The notes beneath the pieces are model-generated. The model saw only the letters and a program-made list of their open reading frames with translations. It was not told the origin of the DNA and ran no database searches. From the NCBI RefSeq assembly GCF_009914755.1, contig NC_060927.1: a stretch of DNA of 64,000 bases; one strand, given 5' to 3'. Shown piece by piece: positions 63,353-64,000 of the stretch. A program made the position numbers and the translations under genes. This DNA comes from the human T2T-CHM13v2.0 reference genome, Homo sapiens. Each line of letters begins with the position of its first letter. The stretch's first letter is position 1.

Positions 63353-63384
63353 TAATTTAGTTTTAGTGCTTAAAGGAAGAGTGC

Positions 63385-63403
63385 GTCCACCAGGGGGCAC
63401 AGC
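63385..63403 (+). promoter_or_regulatory. CTCF motif
   Basis: GTCCACCAGGGGGCACAGC; core CCACCAGGGGGCAC matches the consensus. Confidence 0.72.
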
Positions 63404-63469
63404 AATGGTTCCACTGGGTTGAAAGATAAGATTACCGCATTGTCATGTTCCTCATGCTTTGTGGATAGG

Positions 63470-63481
63470 ATTTTCTTTCTT

Positions 63482-63514
<33 letters not shown>

Positions 63515-64000
63515 CTCTCTCTCTCTTTCTTTCTTTAATTTTACTTTAAGTTCTGGGATACATGTGCAGAACCTGCAGGTTTGTTACATAGGTATACATG
63601 TGCCATAGTGGTTTGCTGCACTCATCAACCCATCATCTAGGTTTTAAGCCCCACATGCATTCGGTATTTGTCCTAATGCTCTCCATCCCCTTGCCCCCCA
63701 CTCCCTGACAGGCCCCAGTGTGAGATGTTCCCCTCCCTGTGTCCATGTGTTCTCACTGTTCAACTCCCACTTATGAGTGAGAACATGTGGTGTTTGGTTT
63801 TCTGTTGCTGTGTTAATTTGCTGAGAATGATGGCTTCTAGTTTCATCCATGTTCCTGTAAAGGATGTGAACTCATTCCTTTTCTTTTTTTTAATATATAT
63901 ATTTTTATTATACTTTCAGTTCTAGAGTACATGTGCACAATGTGCAGGTTTGTTACATATGTACACATGTGCCATGTTCGTGTGCTGCACCCATTAACTC
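63470..64000 (-). mobile_element. Two tandem/nested L1PA 3' ends with a (TC/TTTC)n tail
   Basis: tttactttaagttctgggatacatgtgcag... from ~63535; a second tattatactttcagttctagagtacatgtgcac... from ~63900 runs off the window end. Confidence 0.9.

Overview
Human genomic DNA, recognisable as the GHSR (ghrelin receptor) locus at 3q26.31. The only credible protein-coding gene is GHSR on the minus strand. Isoform 1a has CDS exons 21493-20698 and 18547-18243 (1101 nt, 366 aa); isoform 1b reads through the donor site (21493-20624, 289 aa). The gene sits in a CpG island with an upstream REST/RE1-like site. The window starts inside a frameshifted BZW1 processed pseudogene. The rest is mostly interspersed repeats: Alu, L1, L2, MIR, MaLR/ERV LTRs, a full THE1 element and hAT DNA transposons. 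The most notable unexplained signals are: an APOA4-like coding fragment inside an MLT2-type LTR; a candidate 196-nt intron in the GHSR 5' leader that would switch an upstream ORF between two frames; two short locally templated insertions upstream of GHSR; a decayed hAT transposase split by nested insertions; and a divergent pair of CTCF motifs. Repeat subfamily names come from recalled consensus sequences, and boundaries without target-site duplications (TSDs) are approximate. No searches were run.
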